DNA of 64,000 nt. Origin: Dehalococcoidia bacterium. Lineage in GTDB: Bacteria > Chloroflexota > Dehalococcoidia > Lucifugimonadales > UBA3495. The position numbers and the translations under genes were made by a program. This document shows, piece after piece, positions 58,991 to 64,000 of this stretch. The notes under the pieces are model-generated. The model ran no database searches, was not told the DNA's origin, and saw nothing but the letters and a program-made list of their open reading frames with translations. Position 1 is the stretch's first letter. Each line of letters starts with the position of its first letter. The DNA lies in NCBI GenBank assembly GCA_965207865.1, contig CBDBNP010000008.1:973372-1037371 (forward strand), written 5' to 3'.

Positions 58991-60556
58991 TCAGAACCAC
59001 ACCGCCGCGCGCTCCGCGATCATGATCGCCGTTGCGTTGGTGTTGGCCCGCACCACGTTGGGCGCCACCGACAGGTCCACCACGCGCAGGCCCTCGACGC
59101 CGCGCACCCGGCAGTACTGGTCCACAACCGCCATCGGGTCGCCGTCCGGCCCCATCCGCGCCGAGCCGCAGGTGTGGAACGTCGTGCTGATGTTCTCGTG
59201 CAGCCACGCGTCCAGCGCTTCGTCCGTCTCCAGATCATCCGGCCCCGGCGCCGCCAGCCCGTGTACCAAGGGACGGAACGACTCGTGCTCCGTCAGTTCG
59301 GCGCAGAGGCGAATGGCCTCTCGCAGTCGACGCACGTCGAACTCATCCTCCAAGTACCGATAGTCGATGTTCGGCCCCGCCGTCGGGTCCGTCGACGCCA
59401 GCGTAAGTTCCCCTGCACTCTCGGCCAACTCCAGGATCACGGTGAAGTGCAGCGTCTTGCCGTTCCTGCTCTGGCTGGCGCCGGCGATGGGGTCGCCGCC
59501 GCCAGTGCCGGAATACGACGTTAACGTGATCTGCATGTCGTTACGCAGGTGGGATCCCTCGGCGGTATAGCGCACTCCCGTCTGGATTCGCGGAACGTCC
59601 TCCGACAGCGCCACTCCATCCCGCGGCTCCAGGTCCACCAGCACCATGGGGTGGTCGCGCAGGTTCTGGCCCACGCCCGGCGAATCCAGGACAACCGGGA
59701 TGCCCATCTCCTGCAGATGTGCCGACGGGCCCACGCCCGACAGCAGCAGTAGCTGTGGCGACGCCAGCCCACCGGCGCAAAGTACAATATCCTCGCCCTC
59801 GACGGTGAACACCTCGCCGCCGCTCTCCACCTCGACCCCCACGGCGCGTGGTGAGCCTGTCGGACCACCCTCAAACACCACCCGCCGCGCCTGAACGCCG
59901 CCCCGCACCGTCAGGTTCAGGCGGTGGCGTGCCGGATTCAGGTACGACAGTGCCGCACTCATCCGGATGTTGCCGGGGTTGTTCATGGGCACCGCGCCCG
60001 TCCCGGAGGTCTCCGGGTTGTTCATATCCGGGTCGTAGGGGAACCCCTCGTCCAGCGTCGACTGGTGGAACGCCTCGTAGACCGGCAGCCACTCCTGCCG
60101 CGGCACCCGCCGCACCGGGATCGGCCCCTCCGTGCCGTGGAAGTCGTCGCGCACGTCCATGTCGGTTTCCAGCTTGCGGAAGAACGGCAGGACATTGACA
60201 TAACTCCACTCGGTGTTGCCCTGCTCGGCCCAGGAGTCGTAGTCCTCGGGCAGACCCCGCAGGAAAACCTGACCGTTCACCGACCCCGAGCCGCCGATGA
60301 CTTTGCCCCTCGCGATGTCCATCGGCTGCGACGCCCGAGCGCTGCCGGTGGCCTGGTACTTCCAGTTGAAGGGCGAGTCCAGCTCCGACGCGCCGTTGTT
60401 GTAGCCGTACTTGATCTCGTCAGGCAGTTGCTCAAACTCCGGGTAGTCCGGTCCGGCCTCCAGCAGCAGCACCGAGCGGCTCGGGTCCTCCGACAGCCGC
60501 GCCGCCAGCGTGCACCCCGCCGACCCCCCGCCAACTATGATCACGTCATATTTCAT
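58991..60556 (-). CDS. GMC-family FAD-dependent oxidoreductase (choline dehydrogenase-like)
   Basis: An ATG at 60556 lies 6 nt after GGAG. The motifs are MKYDVIIVGGGSAGCTLAARLSED, GKVIGGSGSVNGQVFLRG, and the C-terminal HTCGSARMGP..VVDLSVAPNV. Confidence 0.88.
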   Translation of the reverse strand: MKYDVIIVGGGSAGCTLAARLSEDPSRSVLLLEAGPDYPEFEQLPDEIKYGYNNGASELDSPFNWKYQATGSARASQPMDIARGKVIGGSGSVNGQVFLRGLPEDYDSWAEQGNTEWSYVNVLPFFRKLETDMDVRDDFHGTEGPIPVRRVPRQEWLPVYEAFHQSTLDEGFPYDPDMNNPETSGTGAVPMNNPGNIRMSAALSYLNPARHRLNLTVRGGVQARRVVFEGGPTGSPRAVGVEVESGGEVFTVEGEDIVLCAGGLASPQLLLLSGVGPSAHLQEMGIPVVLDSPGVGQNLRDHPMVLVDLEPRDGVALSEDVPRIQTGVRYTAEGSHLRNDMQITLTSYSGTGGGDPIAGASQSRNGKTLHFTVILELAESAGELTLASTDPTAGPNIDYRYLEDEFDVRRLREAIRLCAELTEHESFRPLVHGLAAPGPDDLETDEALDAWLHENISTTFHTCGSARMGPDGDPMAVVDQYCRVRGVEGLRVVDLSVAPNVVRANTNATAIMIAERAAVWF

Positions 60557-60885
60557 GGAAATCTCCGTAAATAGAGAAAAGCCCAGTTTCTCGTCCATCT
60601 TCAAGGTCATATTAATGAGCGTGGGGCATGAATGGCAAACGCGGCAATTGTTTTCCACTCCATAGCAAAAGGGAGCTTCACACCATGGTTCTCAGGATCT
60701 ACGTGGATCCTGGCGTTTGGCCATCCCTGTGCTGCCGGTGTGTGGTTGAAATAGCGTCGGCAATTTGGGCAGCAATGGCAGACAAAGACGGAGTGTGGTA
60801 AATCCCTTATCCGTTGAGAGGACGGTTGGAGGGCATACCCCGTTTTTGATGGAGTGACATGCCCTGGCTGAACGGAGGGAGGCAG

Positions 60886-61272
60886 TCAGGCGGTTGGCAC
60901 GTCGGTCAGTTCGAAGTCACGGCCCTTGAATAGGAGAGGTTCTTGTGTGGCTATTGCCAGAGCATAAGCGAAGCAGTCTCCGAAATTCAGTCCTGCAGGA
61001 TGGTTGCCCTTTCCGAATCTCCGCCACGCCTGTCGCGCTGTCTGGGCCAGCTCGGTAGTTACGGGCTCCAGTTCGATTTGCGCCCTTCGCAGAAACGCAT
61101 CCAGTTCGTGGCCTGCTGCAGGTCCGGAGCGGCTTTCGAGGACGATTGTAGTTTCCAGGAGCGTGGCGGTGGATATGCGACGGGAGGAATCTGCTGCTAT
61201 GGCACTTAGGAAGTGGTCTGCGTCCGGTTCTTCGAACAGGATGGCGAGGATGGCCGAGGTGTCGATGATCAC
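60886..61272 (-). CDS. vapC: Type II toxin VapC (PIN-domain ribonuclease)
   Basis: This 128-aa ORF starts MIIDTSAILAILFEEPDA (N-terminal Asp). It also has the LLET acidic residue and the NFGDCFAYALA Asp. It overlaps the upstream antitoxin gene by 4 nt. Confidence 0.88.
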   Translation of the reverse strand: MIIDTSAILAILFEEPDADHFLSAIAADSSRRISTATLLETTIVLESRSGPAAGHELDAFLRRAQIELEPVTTELAQTARQAWRRFGKGNHPAGLNFGDCFAYALAIATQEPLLFKGRDFELTDVPTA

Positions 61273-61526
61273 TTGGGGAGTCCCCGCTTGTCATAGAGGA
61301 AATCGCCGTGTTCTGTTGCGGACGGGCCGTCGCGGAGGGTGGCTGCGCACCGGTGGGCTATGGCCTTCAGATCCTGTATCAGGGTCTCCGCGTCACGGGC
61401 CTTCCTCTCCCGTTCCAGCCGCTCCCGGAGGGCCACTGTGATGGCGCCGGTCATTGTCTCGCCGGTCAGCTGCGCCAGTTCACTGGCGAGTTGGCACGTC
61501 TCCTCATTCTTGATGTTGAGACTCAA
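61269..61526 (-). CDS. vapB: Type II antitoxin, VapB family
   Basis: This 85-aa ORF starts MSLNIKNEETCQLASELAQLTGETMTGAITVALRERLER. It lies immediately upstream of, and overlapping, the PIN toxin gene. Confidence 0.8.
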   Translation of the reverse strand: MSLNIKNEETCQLASELAQLTGETMTGAITVALRERLERERKARDAETLIQDLKAIAHRCAATLRDGPSATEHGDFLYDKRGLPK

Positions 61527-61722
61527 GTCTGACTCCTAAATGGAGGTAGATTGCCAAGGCACTATTCTACCAAAGGAAACTCGTATAAGGTCAATTCTGA
61601 AATCAACTGAACTAAGCAGCACTCTGACATATGCAGTTGATGTTGAAAGTAGCATGATCCATCTCGGGCGAGGGGCGCACCACCGTACGCCCCCACGAAC
61701 ACTCCAGCCTGGCAGTCCGCCT

Positions 61723-62670
61723 CTACCCCTGCGCGGCGGCCGCCTGTCCCAGCATGCGCATGGTGCGGTCCACCGACGCCGCCGCGTCCGGCCCGGCGCT
61801 GATGGGCGACGCCAGCACCTCCGTCGCGCCCAGGTCGAACAGGCGCTGCACACCCTCGGCGCATTTCTCCTCGTCGCCCCAGATCACCGCGCCGTCGATC
61901 ATCCCGTTGCTCCAGGTGCCCTCCGTCGCCTCGGGGTAGCCCGCGTCCACCAGCATGCGCTGGTAGTAGGGAAGCCGAGGGTTCATCACCTGCGCCCGCA
62001 CCGCCTCCCGCACCTCGTCGGCGTTGTCGTGTACGCACACCGGCGCATGGGCGATCAGCGGCGGGGTCTCCCTTCCGGCCCGCTGCGCCCCGGCCTGCAT
62101 GGCCGGCAGCGCCACGTCCCGCAGGTAGTTGAAGGGACAAATCCAGCTGATCGCGCCGTCCGACTCCGCGCCGCACAGCTCGAACGACCCCTTGCGCAGG
62201 GCCGAGCCCATGATCTCGATGTCCAGCGGCTCCGCGATGCCATCGTGCGCAGTGTAGTGTTCGCCGTCGAAGTCCACCCGCCCCTGCTGCAGGATCGCCT
62301 TGAGTATCTGCAGGTACTCTCGAAGGTGGCCCAGCGGCGCGTTGAACTCGATGCCCATGGCCTCGATGGTCGGGCGGTGGCTCGGCCCGACGCCCAGCCG
62401 GAACCGGCCCGGCGCCAGCTGCGCCACGATCTGCGCCTGCTGCACCATCACCAGCGGATGGCGCGGGTAGGTCGGCACGATGGACGTCCCCAGCTTGATG
62501 CGCTCGGTAAGCCCGGCCGACGCCGCGAAGGCCGTGATGCTGTCGGGACGTGCGCCGCCGGTGGTCATCCACGCCGCGTGAATCCCCAACTCCTCAGCCC
62601 GCACGATCATCCTCTGGATGTCCTGGATCCTGGCTCCGCTTACCGCTACTCCAACCAGCCTCTCAGCCAT
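61723..62670 (-). CDS. LLM-class F420-dependent oxidoreductase
   Basis: This 315-aa ORF has KLGTSIVPTYPRHPLVMVQQAQIVAQLAPGRFRLGVGPSH and a layout typical of the small LLM/F420 subgroup. Confidence 0.75.
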   Translation of the reverse strand: MAERLVGVAVSGARIQDIQRMIVRAEELGIHAAWMTTGGARPDSITAFAASAGLTERIKLGTSIVPTYPRHPLVMVQQAQIVAQLAPGRFRLGVGPSHRPTIEAMGIEFNAPLGHLREYLQILKAILQQGRVDFDGEHYTAHDGIAEPLDIEIMGSALRKGSFELCGAESDGAISWICPFNYLRDVALPAMQAGAQRAGRETPPLIAHAPVCVHDNADEVREAVRAQVMNPRLPYYQRMLVDAGYPEATEGTWSNGMIDGAVIWGDEEKCAEGVQRLFDLGATEVLASPISAGPDAAASVDRTMRMLGQAAAAQG

Positions 62671-62788
62671 TGCTGCTCTCCTCTAATCATCGTTGTCTTT
62701 GGCCCTTATCGCAGCCAAAGAAAAACACGCCCCAACAGGCGTGTCAAGCAAGGAATAAATGTGGCAGCACTTCAGTTTGCCGAGAAGG

Positions 62789-62872
62789 GCAGGGCAACCA
62801 CAAGGGTTGCCCCTACATTGCGGCGCCATCTTGGCTGTAGGGGCGCCCCAGGCGGGCGCCTTGGGTCAATCG
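62789..62872. repeat. Family-2 intergenic palindromic repeat (inverted copy of 22697-22768)
   Basis: The sequence is gggcaaccacaagggttgcccctac ... gtaggggcgccccaggcgggcgcc. Its reverse complement matches the gggcgcc hairpin and gtaggggcaa..ttgccc hairpin at 22.7 kb. Confidence 0.75.
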
Positions 62873-62965
62873 AGATTCTATCAACAACGTCCAGGCACCC
62901 GGAACAGGAAAAGAATTACCTCTTCGGCGCAATCCCATCCTGTATATCCTGTCCATCCATGTCAA

Positions 62966-63736
62966 TTAAGGCTCCTCCTCCTCGTCCCCTACCTCGCCCA
63001 GGAACACGCGGGTCAGGATGTCCGAGTCGCGAATGTTGTCCGGCGTTCCCTCGTAGACCACGCGGCCCTTGTCCAGCACGTAGCCCCGGTCCGCGATCGC
63101 CAGAACGCCGCGGATGTTGTGCTCCACCACCATGATTGTTGTTCCCAGCGTGTCGCCGATCTCCGACACTTTTTCGAACACTTCCTTGACAATGATCGGC
63201 GCCAGCCCCAGCGTAGGCTCGTCCAGCAGGAGCACGTCCGGGTTGGCCATCAGCCCCCGGCCCAGCGCCAGCATCTGCTGCTGCCCGCCCGACATCTGGC
63301 TGCCGAGATCCCTGCGTTTTTCATACAGTACCGGAAACAGCTCCATAACCGAGTCGAGGCGACGCTGCTTTTCTGTCCGGTCGTTCAGGTGCAGGCACCC
63401 CATCTCCAGGTTCTCTGTGATGGAAAGGTGGGTGAAAACCCGGCGGCCCTGCGGCACGAAGGAGATGCCCTCCCGCACGATCTCGTGAGTCGCGGCGTGC
63501 AGCGGCTTCTGTCGCCAGCAGACCGTCCCGTCCACCACCGGCGCCAGGCCCATGATCGCCTTTAGCACCGTCGATTTGCCCGCGCCGTTGGGCCCCATCA
63601 CCGCGACCAGTTCACCCGGCGCCACCCCCAGCGACACCTCGCTCAGCGCCGACACCACGCCGTACCGCACCGACACGTCCGTCAGCTCCAGCAGGCTGTC
63701 GTCGGGTATGTAGTGGGTGCCATCCGTCGTTGCCAT
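62966..63736 (-). CDS. Branched-chain amino acid-type ABC transporter ATP-binding protein (LivF-like)
   Basis: The motifs are Walker A GPNGAGKST, the signature LSGGQQQMLALGRGL, and Walker B VLLLDEPTLGLAP. I prefer the ATG at 63736 to the TTG at 63751. Confidence 0.85.
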   Translation of the reverse strand: MATTDGTHYIPDDSLLELTDVSVRYGVVSALSEVSLGVAPGELVAVMGPNGAGKSTVLKAIMGLAPVVDGTVCWRQKPLHAATHEIVREGISFVPQGRRVFTHLSITENLEMGCLHLNDRTEKQRRLDSVMELFPVLYEKRRDLGSQMSGGQQQMLALGRGLMANPDVLLLDEPTLGLAPIIVKEVFEKVSEIGDTLGTTIMVVEHNIRGVLAIADRGYVLDKGRVVYEGTPDNIRDSDILTRVFLGEVGDEEEEP

Positions 63737-63812
63737 ATCTGCATCCCGCAATCATCTTGCCAATGAGCGGCAATCTCGGGAACCCCAGGACCTTTCGATC
63801 GTCACGGTAGAT

Positions 63813-63883
63813 GTCAGAATCAGGATTTACAGAATTGGGGTCAATCAGCGAAATCCTGCAATCAAACGAATCACAGTTCTGAC
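63813..63883. repeat. Family-3 MITE-like intergenic repeat with 7-bp terminal inverted repeats
   Basis: The sequence is gtcagaatcaggatttacag...aaatcctgcaatc...cacagttctgac. The terminal repeats gtcagaa and ttctgac are complementary. Confidence 0.65.
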
Positions 63884-63896
63884 AGTCTCTTCGCGA

Positions 63897-64000
63897 TCAC
63901 GCTCCCAGGTACGCCTCGATCACCTCTCGGCGGCCCAGCACCTCGTCGGGCTCGCCCTCTCCCAGCAGCCTGCCGCTGTCCAGCACTATCAGGTGGTCCG
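63897..64000 (-). CDS. ABC transporter ATP-binding protein (LivG-like), partial, C-terminal end only
   Basis: The minus-strand frame reads ...DHLIVLDSGRLLGEGEPDEVLGRREVIEAYLGA then a stop (TGA at 63897-63899). The N-terminus lies beyond the right edge of the window. Confidence 0.7.
   Translation of the reverse strand, partial: DHLIVLDSGRLLGEGEPDEVLGRREVIEAYLGA

Noticed and set aside
61540-63135. A 531-aa plus-strand ORF
   Set aside because: It runs antisense through the F420-type LLM gene, an intergenic repeat and the LivF-like gene. Its Arg/Pro/Gly-rich composition marks it as a shadow ORF.

Overview
This is a high-GC bacterial window with many lipobox-type secreted proteins and three families of intergenic palindromic or MITE-like repeats. 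It contains an unusual concentration of eukaryote-like repeat proteins: ankyrin, plant-type LRR, FN3, collagen-like, RCC1-like, NHL, TPR, Calx-beta and a kexin-type protease. I infer a Chloroflexota-like, possibly host- or sponge-associated organism, but I cannot verify that here.

Layout:
- 0-4.4 kb: a peptide-type ABC importer (substrate-binding protein plus two permeases) and a partial DUF3179 gene.
- 4.6-5.0 kb: a decayed paralogue of the substrate-binding protein gene.
- 5.7-11.6 kb: a 1974-aa kexin-like S8 surface protease.
- 11.7-14.6 kb: a lipoprotein gene with an in-frame stop, followed by a graveyard of gene fragments.
- 14.6-17.5 kb: a 970-aa collagen-like/RCC1-like lipoprotein.
- 18.3-20.7 kb: a sensor kinase, receiver and OmpR-type DNA-binding domain fused in one polypeptide.
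- 20.8-27.6 kb: an IstB remnant, redox enzymes, and a zinc-ribbon RDD/PrsW gene pair.
- 27.7-28.2 kb: tRNA-Gly and tRNA-Ser.
- 28.2-56.8 kb: a segment bracketed by two inverted tRNA-Ser genes, each next to a decayed P4-type integrase. It holds an unassignable small-gene cassette with a palindromic operator, an ISAs1 element with intact target duplication, an eight-gene MoxR/DUF58/vWA (Bat-like) operon, three ankyrin lipoproteins and a 2051-aa S8/CARDB/LRR/FN3 giant. It also holds a NarL-type two-component system whose kinase is split by an IS1182-like element, and a Cys-paired FN3-like lipoprotein.
- 56.8-64 kb: core-like genes, namely rpsU, tRNA-Gly, oxidoreductases, vapBC and LivF/LivG-like ATPases.

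I found no CRISPR array and no rRNA. All functional calls come from reading motifs by eye; no database search was possible.
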